A stretch of DNA of 64,000 nt from Nitrospirae bacterium MYbin3. GTDB lineage: Bacteria; Nitrospirota; Thermodesulfovibrionia; Thermodesulfovibrionales; Dissulfurispiraceae. Every line of letters begins with the position of its first letter. Position 1 is the first letter of the stretch. Location: assembly GCA_002753335.1 (NCBI GenBank), contig PEAD01000016.1, positions 1-64,000 of the forward strand. The letters run 5' to 3'. The translations under genes were made by a program, and so were the position numbers. Below are positions 9,324 through 17,913 of this stretch, piece by piece. Under the pieces are notes generated by a model that was not told the origin of the DNA, did no database searches, and was given only the letters and a program-made list of their open reading frames with translations.

Positions 9324-9662
9324 TCAACTCTTTAAAAGATTGTAAAGAAGGCCGGCTATCTCGAAGGTGGTCTTGCTTGAAGATAAAATAACCACATGCT
9401 CTTCTGCGGCTTTGGCTGCAGTAGCCGGCTCGGGGCTTCTGCCGTTTGATAAAACTATAGCAGGGAGACCTTTGATAACCGAAACAGCCACAATATTAGG
9501 ATGCGTCTGGAGCGTTATCCAGAGCTCATGCTCGTTGCTCCGGGCCATGACATCAGAAAGCAGGTCGCTTATGTAGCAGCCTTCAACAATCTTGTTTAAG
9601 TCTCCACCGACCTTTATTTCAAAGCCGAGCTTATCGATCAATTCCGTTAAAGCGAGTCCCAT
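9324..9662 (-). CDS. DRTGG-domain protein
   Basis: GCYISDLLSDVM, WITLQTHPNIVAV motifs. Confidence 0.85.
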   Translation of the reverse strand: MGLALTELIDKLGFEIKVGGDLNKIVEGCYISDLLSDVMARSNEHELWITLQTHPNIVAVSVIKGLPAIVLSNGRSPEPATAAKAAEEHVVILSSSKTTFEIAGLLYNLLKS

Positions 9663-9684
9663 AATTCTCTCCTAAACTGACTTT

Positions 9685-10119
9685 TTAGATAAAAATTGTT
9701 ATCTGCAAAGTGGTGCCTTCACCCACTACCGTATCTATCTTAAATTTATCCGAGTTTTTCTGTATATTCGGAAGCCCCATTCCGGCGCCCCAACCCAACT
9801 CCCGCACCCAAGCAGGAGCTGTGGAATAGCCCTCCTGCATCGCAAGGTTTATATCCTTAATGCCGGGCCCCATGTCGGTAATGGTTATATTAAGCTCTCC
9901 GTCGCTCACCGCATAATGAAGAGTGCCTGCAACGCCATGTATTATCACATTCATCTCGGCTTCAAAAGCGGCAACCCCTGCCCTTCTCACCGCATCGTCA
10001 GCAACGGCAAGGCCCTTGAGCACGTTTCGCAGTTCGGTTGAAGCCTTGCCTGCGTTTGTGAAATCGCCCTCAAAAAGCTGAAAAGAACCCTCAATAGGTT
10101 TAGATGTTTTAGTTGTCAT
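9685..10119 (-). CDS. Anti-sigma-factor-type Ser/Thr kinase (RsbT/RsbW-like HATPase)
   Basis: FEAEMNVIIH, DMGPGI, AMQEGYSTAP, GAGMGLPNI. Confidence 0.88.
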   Translation of the reverse strand: MTTKTSKPIEGSFQLFEGDFTNAGKASTELRNVLKGLAVADDAVRRAGVAAFEAEMNVIIHGVAGTLHYAVSDGELNITITDMGPGIKDINLAMQEGYSTAPAWVRELGWGAGMGLPNIQKNSDKFKIDTVVGEGTTLQITIFI

Positions 10120-10138
10120 TTAACCTTCCGTAAAGAAA

Positions 10139-11275
10139 TCATGGCACATTCACCCAGTCATCACCTTCACCCAGCGGCAGCCTTATAAAGAAATCGGCGC
10201 CTTGACCCTGCTTGCTCTCGGCGAATATCTGGCCTCCATGCTTCTTGATTATTCCATAGCTGACAGCAAGACCAAGACCTGTGCCCTTGCCAACAGGTTT
10301 TGTTGTAAGGAACGGCTCAAACAGCCTCTTCTGCACCTCTTCCGAAATACCCGGCCCTGTGTCAGAAAATTCGAGCTCAACAAATTTTCCGGCTGACGAT
10401 TCATAAACCCTAGATTTTATGGTAACCTTGCCCTTCTCCTCCATCGCATCCGCAGCATTAATAAGCAGATTTACAAACACCTGCTGCAATTGGCTCGGGT
10501 CAACATGAAGCAGAGGAAGAGAATCCCCAAGTTGCATGTCAAAAACAATGTTATGAAACTTTGCCTGATTTCTCATGATGAGCAGCGTGTTCTCGATAAG
10601 CATATTTACATTTACCGCAACCTTCTCCGACGCGGTCTTGCGCGAAAAACCTAGCAGTCCCCTCACAATTTTGGAGCATCTCTCTGCCTGATCAATAATT
10701 ATGTTCATGTCCTCAATGTCCTGCTTGTTTTCTGGAGGTATGCGCCTAAGCATAAGATGAGCGAAGGTAACGATACCGGTAAGAGGGCTGTTCAGCTCAT
10801 GCGCAACGCCTGCCGACATCCTGCCGAGAGAAGCCAGTTTTTCGGCATTCAGAAGACTATCATGCGCCTTTAATCTCTCTGCCGTATTCTTCTGTACCTC
10901 TTCCTCAAGCCTCTTTGTCCAGTTCTCCATCTTCATTTTGTAGAGCCTGAGTTCCTCGGCCATGTTATTGAAAGAATTGGCAAGAGAACCTATCTCGTCA
11001 TCATTCTTCATCTCGATGCGATAGTCCATATTGCCGCCAGATAGCTTCTCCATGCCTTCTGCAAGCATGCTTATAGGCTTTGTGACAACCTTATAGAGTA
11101 TAAGCACGAGAACCACCGAAACAAATAAAACGAACGGCCCTCCAAATATAAAGAGCTGCTGAAGAGTTATGTCTGGATGATCGGTCTTGATAAAAATTAT
11201 CGAAAAGATCAGACCCATCAGAAGCATCGTGCCCCCGATAGCTATAACCAGCTTGCCGGTAAGGGATTTATTCAT
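10139..11275 (-). CDS. Membrane HAMP-HisKA-HATPase sensor kinase (NtrB-like)
   Basis: Two TMs with a very short loop, HAMP (DEIGSLANSFN), AHELNSP H-box, NAADA, GKGTGLGL. Confidence 0.92.
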   Translation of the reverse strand: MNKSLTGKLVIAIGGTMLLMGLIFSIIFIKTDHPDITLQQLFIFGGPFVLFVSVVLVLILYKVVTKPISMLAEGMEKLSGGNMDYRIEMKNDDEIGSLANSFNNMAEELRLYKMKMENWTKRLEEEVQKNTAERLKAHDSLLNAEKLASLGRMSAGVAHELNSPLTGIVTFAHLMLRRIPPENKQDIEDMNIIIDQAERCSKIVRGLLGFSRKTASEKVAVNVNMLIENTLLIMRNQAKFHNIVFDMQLGDSLPLLHVDPSQLQQVFVNLLINAADAMEEKGKVTIKSRVYESSAGKFVELEFSDTGPGISEEVQKRLFEPFLTTKPVGKGTGLGLAVSYGIIKKHGGQIFAESKQGQGADFFIRLPLGEGDDWVNVP

Positions 11276-11321
11276 TTATAAATAATACATATACCCGAGA
11301 ATGAGAGTCAATTTTAATACC

Positions 11322-12119
11322 TTACCGCACAAGCCTCTTTCTCATAAGCCTGAACGGATAGGGAGATAAAATCGCGGTTACTACTGTCAACCAGAGCAGG
11401 TCTTCCCATACTGTGAGCGGCCTGCCTGCCGAAAAGGCCCTGCAGATATTAACGAGGTGGTAAAGCGGCGTGAAAAAAGCTATCTTTGTCGCAACAGCCG
11501 GAAGACTGTCGATAGGAAAAAAAATGCCAGAAAAAAGAAACATCGGCGTCATAAAAAGCGTGTAGTAATAGTTGAAGGTTTCTATTCCGGGCACAACCGC
11601 CGCGCATATCATAGAAATCTCTCCGAACAGAAGCCCGCTTATAAAAAGCACCGGCAGCGCAAACAGTATAACTGCCGAGTCAACAAGACCAAACAGCGAA
11701 ATAACGATGATTATTATCGTTCCGTACAGCATGCTCTTTGTGGCTCCCCACATAAGTTCCCCTGCTATAAGATCATCTGCATTGACCGGAGTGGCAAGTA
11801 TCGCGTCAAAGGTTTTCTGAAAGGTCATCTTAACGAAAGTTCCGTAAGTGCATTCGTAAGCGGCCGCAAACATCGAGGACGAGGCTATCATGCCCGGCGC
11901 TATGTAGTTTATGTAAGGCATGCCCTTTATCTCTTGTATGAAAGCACCGAGCCCTATACCCATAGCAAAAAGATAGAGCACAGGCTCGACAAAATTCAGT
12001 GCTATGCTAGATTTGTAAAGCTTGGTAAAAACCTTAAGGTTACGCTGCCAGACCTTAGATGCCCGCTTAATACTGAACATTCTTGTCTTCCTCTTAGGCG
12101 TCAAGTCCCCTGCCCGCAA
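11322..12119 (-). CDS. ABC-2 type permease (NodJ-like)
   Basis: YINYIAPG, FLFSGIFFP, TPLYH; start uncertain. Confidence 0.88.
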   Translation of the reverse strand: MRAGDLTPKRKTRMFSIKRASKVWQRNLKVFTKLYKSSIALNFVEPVLYLFAMGIGLGAFIQEIKGMPYINYIAPGMIASSSMFAAAYECTYGTFVKMTFQKTFDAILATPVNADDLIAGELMWGATKSMLYGTIIIIVISLFGLVDSAVILFALPVLFISGLLFGEISMICAAVVPGIETFNYYYTLFMTPMFLFSGIFFPIDSLPAVATKIAFFTPLYHLVNICRAFSAGRPLTVWEDLLWLTVVTAILSPYPFRLMRKRLVR

Positions 12120-12837
12120 GCTTCAGATAAACATGCTCAAGATTGCCGCCATGCATCTGCATTAAGTTTTGCGGCGTGTCGATGGTGATAATCTTTCCGG
12201 AACTCATTATAGCCACCCTGTCGCAGAGCTTCTCTGCCTCTTCCATATAATGCGTTGTAAGTATCAGAGTCGTGCCGTTGAATTTAAGCTGGTTAAGGCT
12301 GTCCCAGACAGAACGCCTGCTGTGCGGATCAAGTCCGGTGGTGGGCTCATCAAGTATCAGCAGTTCGGGATTATTCATCAACGAGCGTGCAAGCACAAGC
12401 CTGCGCTGCATACCGCCAGAAAGCGCTTTAATGTTCACATCTGCCTTTTCTGTCAGCTCTACAAACTTCAATAATTCGGATGCTTTTCGCGAAGCCTCTT
12501 TCTTTTTGATATCGAAATATCTGGCATATACGATAAGATTTTCGAGAACCGTAAAATCAGGGTCAAGGTTGTTGTCCTGCGGCATCACACCTATGCGGGC
12601 CTTAATCTCGCTCGGACTTGCGGTAACATCCATGCCGAATACTGTTACTGTGCCGGAAGACGGTGGTATAAAACAGTGAATCGTTCGCATGACCGTTGTT
12701 TTGCCTGCACCGTTAGGGCCGAGAAAACCGAAACATTCTCCCTGCTTAATATCGAAACTTACGCGGTCAACAGCCTGCAAATCCCCAAAATTCTTGCTGA
12801 GTAATGATGCGGTTACGATATTCATTTGTCCTGACAT
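12094..12837 (-). CDS. ABC exporter ATPase (NodI-like)
   Basis: GPNGAGKT, LSGGMQRR, LDEPTTGLDP, TTHY. Confidence 0.92.
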   Translation of the reverse strand: MSGQMNIVTASLLSKNFGDLQAVDRVSFDIKQGECFGFLGPNGAGKTTVMRTIHCFIPPSSGTVTVFGMDVTASPSEIKARIGVMPQDNNLDPDFTVLENLIVYARYFDIKKKEASRKASELLKFVELTEKADVNIKALSGGMQRRLVLARSLMNNPELLILDEPTTGLDPHSRRSVWDSLNQLKFNGTTLILTTHYMEEAEKLCDRVAIMSSGKIITIDTPQNLMQMHGGNLEHVYLKLAGRGLDA

Positions 12838-13076
12838 TGTAACCTAATGAAAAGAATGTGTGCGACACTCAGTTTGGCAGCAGGTATAAGTCCATGTAGT
12901 GAAGACTGACGCCGAATCTAAACGAAATGTCGGCAATGGTGAGATTATCAGCAAATCGGATGAAACGAGAAAAAATCTCGATTAGAGAGTTTTGTCTCTT
13001 GACAGGTGCCCTCTAAATGGGTGTCCAAAACGCAGCCCTGAACTAAAGAAATTTATCCCTATCGCAGTTACATCAA

Positions 13077-13382
13077 CTACTGGCTTCTGCGTTTTGCCTT
13101 AAACTCTTTCAGGCAGGCAGGGTCAAATACAAGATTTCTTCCAATCCTGCTGAATTTTATAGCGCCGTCTTTTACCCACCGACGGACGGTTATTTCGGCG
13201 ACTTCAAGATATTCCGCTGCCTCCACAATCGTGAATGGTGCATGCCTGACATCATCGAACACTTCGCTATGCGTATAAAGGTCTTTCTCAAAACCTTTTT
13301 TAGCAATAACCGAAAAGAGCTTCTCGCGCTCCTTTACCGGCATTCTTACTATTTCATCATAAATCTTTTTTGCAGTTAGCAT
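13077..13382 (-). CDS. Putative antitoxin with C-terminal excisionase/MerR-like HTH
   Basis: FTIVEAAEYLEVAEITVRRWVKDG...RIGR HTH; 4 bp downstream of a RelE-like gene. Confidence 0.75.
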   Translation of the reverse strand: MLTAKKIYDEIVRMPVKEREKLFSVIAKKGFEKDLYTHSEVFDDVRHAPFTIVEAAEYLEVAEITVRRWVKDGAIKFSRIGRNLVFDPACLKEFKAKRRSQ

Positions 13383-13386
13383 GCCC

Positions 13387-13671
13387 CTATTCCTCCGCTT
13401 TTATGTATCTTTTTAGTTCACGATAAAAATTCTCATGCGTATCAATCATGTAAAAAACAAGCACCCGGCCTGTCTGCTTATAAGCTATAAGATATTCCTG
13501 TTTGTGAAATGTGAACTTATGGACATTCATCCCTGCCAAATCCTGTTTCTTTGATATTCCTATAGAGGGGTTGGCTTTTATTAGATCAACTTCATCTTCA
13601 ATCACAAGCTGAAAAGGTCGTGCTTGCTTCTTAACAAACTTTTTGAATGGCGTTTTATACAACAATTCCAT
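13387..13671 (-). CDS. RelE/ParE-family toxin
   Basis: 94 aa basic protein with NPSIG..K..DLAG..VHKF, YLIAY, HENFYRELKR. Confidence 0.85.
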   Translation of the reverse strand: MELLYKTPFKKFVKKQARPFQLVIEDEVDLIKANPSIGISKKQDLAGMNVHKFTFHKQEYLIAYKQTGRVLVFYMIDTHENFYRELKRYIKAEE

Positions 13672-13711
13672 GATTACTTATATGATAAATTAGTTAATCA
13701 TATTTGTTCAA
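13670..13711 (-). promoter_or_regulatory. Putative TA promoter with inverted-repeat operator
   Basis: TTGAAC-N18-TATCAT about 10 nt before the ATG; ATGATTA...TAATCAT inverted repeat at 13670-13701. Confidence 0.5.
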
Positions 13712-13817
13712 GAAAAAAGTACCACATCACCAATTTTATGCAACCGAAAGGTTTATTGTATAATCTATGATTCATGTGGATATTTACCGGCATATCTAAA
13801 TTTATGAGGAACATATA

Positions 13818-16385
13818 ATGGCGGAACAGACACCGCTGATGAAGCAGTATTCAGGCATAAAGGAGCAGTTTCCTGACGCAATTTTACTGTTCAGGTTAGG
13901 CGACTTTTATGAAATGTTCGGAGATGATGCCAAACTCGCGTCCAGAATACTCCAGATCGCGCTGACCAGCAGAGACAAGAACAAGGAAGACCCTACTCCG
14001 ATGTGCGGCGTGCCTCATTTTTCTATAGACGGCCATATCACAAAGCTTATCAAAGCTGGGCATAAAGTCGCGGTCTGCGAACAGATGGAAGACCCCAAAG
14101 CCACAAAAGGTATTGTGCAGCGCGAAGTGGTAAGAGTCATAACTCCCGGAACGCATATACCGGAGCATCCGAAAGAAAACTCATATCTGATGAGCGTCTT
14201 TCCTTACAAGACCAGCCACGGCATCACCATCGCAGATTTATCAACCGGAGAATTTACGGTATTTGAAACATACAAACCTCTCGAAGACGAGATCGGAAGG
14301 TTCGAGCCGCGAGAGATAGTCTGCCCAAGAAGCATAGAAACAAATCTGCATTATCAGGAGCTTTTCAGCGGCATGTGCGTGTCGTATTGCGATGATACCT
14401 TATTCGATTATGCCGAAGCCTACCGCGCACTGCTGAATTACTTTAAGGTGAATTCGCTCGACGGCTTTGGATGCGGAGAGATGAATCCCGGCATTTCGGC
14501 TGCAGGCGCTTTAATGCGATACCTCGAAGATACGCAAAAAGTTCTGAGCTTCAGAAAAATATCTGTTCTCAATCAGTCTGGCTTCATGTTCCTAGACTAT
14601 GCGGCCAAGCGAAATCTTGAACTGACCCAAAACCTCAAAGACGGCTCTCCTGAGGGATCACTTCTTTGGGTGTTAGATGAAACGCTCACGCCTATGGGTG
14701 GCCGACACCTGAGAAATGCCGTGGTCAAGCCGTTTCTTACTACGCAGGAAATAATCAAAAATCAAAACGCTGTCGAGGCCTTGATAGAAGACTATGAGCT
14801 GATGGAAGAGCTGCGCACCACCTTGAGAAAAATTCAGGACATCGAAAGATTAGTTTCAAAAATACTCCTGAAAAGCGCCGGGCCGAGAGACCTTGTTGCG
14901 ATAAAAAATTCTACCTCATATCTGCCCGAGATAAAAAAATTCCTAGTTTCGTCCAAAGATGCTTACATCAAAACGCTAGGCAGAAACATAATGGAATTTG
15001 CAGACCTTAAAGAGCTTATAGAATCCTCGATAATCGAGAACCCGCCTATAAGCGCACGCGAAGGCGGCATAATAAGAAAAGGGTACAGCACAGAGATTGA
15101 CGAGCTGAAAAACATATCGGTCAACAACAAGGATTACATTGCTAGGCTTGAGCTTGAAGAAAAGCAGAACACCGGAATATCCTCGCTAAAGGTTGGATTC
15201 AACCAGAACTTCGGCTATTACATCGAGATAACAAAATCAAATCTACACCTCGTTCCTGCCCATTATATCAGGAAACAGACGCTCGTAAACGGCGAGCGCT
15301 ACATAACCCCTGACCTAAAGGAATACGAAACCAAGGTGCTAGGCGCAGAGCAGCGGCTGAAGGAAATGGAGTTCACAGCGTTTCAGGGAATCCTCGAAAA
15401 GACGAGCAAATACACCGAGCACCTGCTCGATACCTCGGCGAATCTTGCGGTCATAGATTTTCTTTCCTCGCTCGCCACCGTTGCCAAAAGATACGATTAT
15501 GTCAAACCGCAGATAACCGACGGAGATTTGATAGAGATCACTCATGGCAGGCATCCTGTGATAGAGAGGCTCATCAACACCCGCACCATCTCGTCATCAG
15601 ACGAAAAATTCATCCCGAACAATCTGGTCATGGATAAAACAGAGAACTGCCTTCTCGTGATCACAGGCCCAAACATGGCCGGCAAATCCACATACATGAG
15701 GCAGGCCGCACTGATAGTGCTGATGGCACAGATAGGTTCTTTTGTTCCTGCGGCAAGCGCGGAGATAGGCGTGGTTGATAGGATATTCACAAGGATCGGG
15801 GCTTCCGATTACATAACGCGCGGACAGAGCACCTTCATGGTTGAGATGATAGAAACAGCAAATATACTTAACAACGCCACTGAGCATAGCCTGATACTGC
15901 TTGATGAGGTGGGAAGAGGCACCAGCACCTTCGACGGTATAAGCATAGCGTGGGCGGTTGCCGAATACCTCATAAAACATACAAAGGCGCGCACGCTGTT
16001 TGCCACTCATTACCACGAACTCACAGACCTTTCGGTTCTGCTGGACGGAATTAAAAACTACAATGTCGTTGTTAAAGAATGGGGTGAAGAGGTAATATTT
16101 TTACGTAAGATCGAGCCGGGGCCTGCCGACAAAAGCTACGGCATACAGGTCGGGCGGCTCGCAGGACTTCCTGATGCGGTCATCACCCGCGCAAAAGATG
16201 TGCTAGAAGAGCTCGAGAAAAAAGAGTCAGGCAGGATCAGGAGAAAGCCTTCACAGATGGACCTCTTTGCAGTAGCCGATCCTCTCACCAATGAACTTTT
16301 GAATATAGACATTTCTAATCTCACACCGCAGAAGGCATTAAAAAAGCTGGCTGACCTCAGGAAAAAGGCTGAAGACAGCCTATGA
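13818..16385 (+). CDS. mutS: DNA mismatch repair protein MutS
   Basis: TPLMKQY, FRLGDFYE, GPNMAGKSTYMR, STFMVEM, DEVGRGTST. Confidence 0.98.
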   Translation: MAEQTPLMKQYSGIKEQFPDAILLFRLGDFYEMFGDDAKLASRILQIALTSRDKNKEDPTPMCGVPHFSIDGHITKLIKAGHKVAVCEQMEDPKATKGIVQREVVRVITPGTHIPEHPKENSYLMSVFPYKTSHGITIADLSTGEFTVFETYKPLEDEIGRFEPREIVCPRSIETNLHYQELFSGMCVSYCDDTLFDYAEAYRALLNYFKVNSLDGFGCGEMNPGISAAGALMRYLEDTQKVLSFRKISVLNQSGFMFLDYAAKRNLELTQNLKDGSPEGSLLWVLDETLTPMGGRHLRNAVVKPFLTTQEIIKNQNAVEALIEDYELMEELRTTLRKIQDIERLVSKILLKSAGPRDLVAIKNSTSYLPEIKKFLVSSKDAYIKTLGRNIMEFADLKELIESSIIENPPISAREGGIIRKGYSTEIDELKNISVNNKDYIARLELEEKQNTGISSLKVGFNQNFGYYIEITKSNLHLVPAHYIRKQTLVNGERYITPDLKEYETKVLGAEQRLKEMEFTAFQGILEKTSKYTEHLLDTSANLAVIDFLSSLATVAKRYDYVKPQITDGDLIEITHGRHPVIERLINTRTISSSDEKFIPNNLVMDKTENCLLVITGPNMAGKSTYMRQAALIVLMAQIGSFVPAASAEIGVVDRIFTRIGASDYITRGQSTFMVEMIETANILNNATEHSLILLDEVGRGTSTFDGISIAWAVAEYLIKHTKARTLFATHYHELTDLSVLLDGIKNYNVVVKEWGEEVIFLRKIEPGPADKSYGIQVGRLAGLPDAVITRAKDVLEELEKKESGRIRRKPSQMDLFAVADPLTNELLNIDISNLTPQKALKKLADLRKKAEDSL

Positions 16386-16981
16386 TTACGGTGGGGTTAA
16401 CAGGCAACTACGGTATGGGAAAAAGCACAGTGTCCGACATATTCAGTGAATTAGGCGCTTCGGTTATCGACACCGATAAGGTGGTCTCTGAGCTTTTTGA
16501 AAACAACGATATACAGAAAGAGCTGAAAGATAATTTTGGCGACGATGTGGTAGAAGATGGCAAAGTTAATAAAAAACTGCTCTCTGAGCTTGCATTCAGC
16601 GCTCCATCAGCCAGAATAGCGCTCGAAAATATACTCCACCCGAAGGTCTTTCAGAGAACAGAGCAGATTACAAAAGAAATAGCTGTATCTAAACCTAATG
16701 CGATTGTGATAATCGAAGCAACCGTAATTTTCGAAAGAGGATACCAGAACAGGTTCGACAAGATAATTACGGTTTACACCAATGAAGATACAGCAATAGA
16801 GAGGCTTGCGGTTAAAGGAGTGGCCGAAGACCAAGCGAGAAAACGGTTTGCGAGCCAGTTCCCGATAGAAAAAAAATTGGATTCCTCTGACTTTACCATT
16901 GACAACGGAAACAGCCTACAAGACACAAAAAAACAGACCGAACATATTTATCAGAAATTGCTTGGATATGCAAATAATTGA
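16382..16981 (+). CDS. coaE: Dephospho-CoA kinase
   Basis: VGLTGNYGMGKST P-loop, LENILHP, SQFP. Confidence 0.93.
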   Translation: MITVGLTGNYGMGKSTVSDIFSELGASVIDTDKVVSELFENNDIQKELKDNFGDDVVEDGKVNKKLLSELAFSAPSARIALENILHPKVFQRTEQITKEIAVSKPNAIVIIEATVIFERGYQNRFDKIITVYTNEDTAIERLAVKGVAEDQARKRFASQFPIEKKLDSSDFTIDNGNSLQDTKKQTEHIYQKLLGYANN

Positions 16982-17912
16982 AGGCCTTCCTGACGAACCA
17001 TTAGGAGAAAACCCTGTAGTAACCATCGGCAATTTCGACGGCGTGCATATCGGCCATCAAAAAATTTTCAGGCTCGCGGTAGAGAAGGCGAAAGAACTCG
17101 GTGGAACCCCTATTGCTATAACCTTCAACCCGCATCCTGTAAGAGTTCTCGCACCCGAAAGAGGCATGAAGCTTATAACAACACTTGAACACAAACGAGA
17201 GCTTATCGCAAAAAACGGAATTAAGGCGTTAATATGCCTGCCGTTCGACAAAGATTTTGCAAAGACAGAGCCTGACGATTTTATCAGAAGAATACTGGTA
17301 GAGACTATCGGTGCGCACTGGGTCATAGTTGGCCACAGCTATTCGTTCGGAAAAGGAAAAAAAGGAACTACCGCCTTGTTGAGAGCGAGCGGAAGAAAAT
17401 ACGGCTTCGGTGTCAAAGTCGTCAGATATGCAAAGGTTTATGACGACATCGTTAGCAGCAGCAGGATACGGAGCCTAGTACTCAGGGGAAGGGTTTGCGA
17501 AGCAGCGCGAATGCTGGGACGGGCCTATCACATAGACGGAACAGTAATTAAAGGAGCGGGAAGAGGAGCATCACTGCTGAACATCCCCACCTGCAACATA
17601 AATACAAAAAACGAACTGATACCCAAAGAAGGCGTTTATGCAGTAAGAGTTTCTTTTGGCAGCTCTATTTATGATGGGGTCGCCAACATCGGCAAAAACC
17701 CCACATTCGGAGATGTGCCGATGAGCTACGAAGCACATCTGTTTGATATGAATGAAAATCTTCTGGGCAAAAACATCAGACTGCATTTCATAGATAGAAT
17801 CAGGGATGAGAAAAAGTTTTCAGGCGTCGTAGAACTTATAGACCACATCAACAAAGACATAAGCAAGGCAAAACAGATTCTCTCAAAAAGAAAAGACCTG
17901 CTGTTTCTTTAA
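16968..17912 (+). CDS. ribF: Bifunctional riboflavin kinase / FAD synthetase
   Basis: IGNFDGVHIGHQ, VSSSRIR, PTCN, GVYAV, NPTF; start moved to ATG at 16968. Confidence 0.96.
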   Translation: MQIIEGLPDEPLGENPVVTIGNFDGVHIGHQKIFRLAVEKAKELGGTPIAITFNPHPVRVLAPERGMKLITTLEHKRELIAKNGIKALICLPFDKDFAKTEPDDFIRRILVETIGAHWVIVGHSYSFGKGKKGTTALLRASGRKYGFGVKVVRYAKVYDDIVSSSRIRSLVLRGRVCEAARMLGRAYHIDGTVIKGAGRGASLLNIPTCNINTKNELIPKEGVYAVRVSFGSSIYDGVANIGKNPTFGDVPMSYEAHLFDMNENLLGKNIRLHFIDRIRDEKKFSGVVELIDHINKDISKAKQILSKRKDLLFL

Positions 17913-17913
17913 C

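Noticed and set aside
11322..12837. Nod-factor export (nodIJ)
   Set aside because: Family resemblance only; no nod genes present, and NodIJ-like pairs are widespread
13077..13382. Prophage excisionase
   Set aside because: No integrase or phage genes nearby; pairing with a RelE-like gene fits a TA module better
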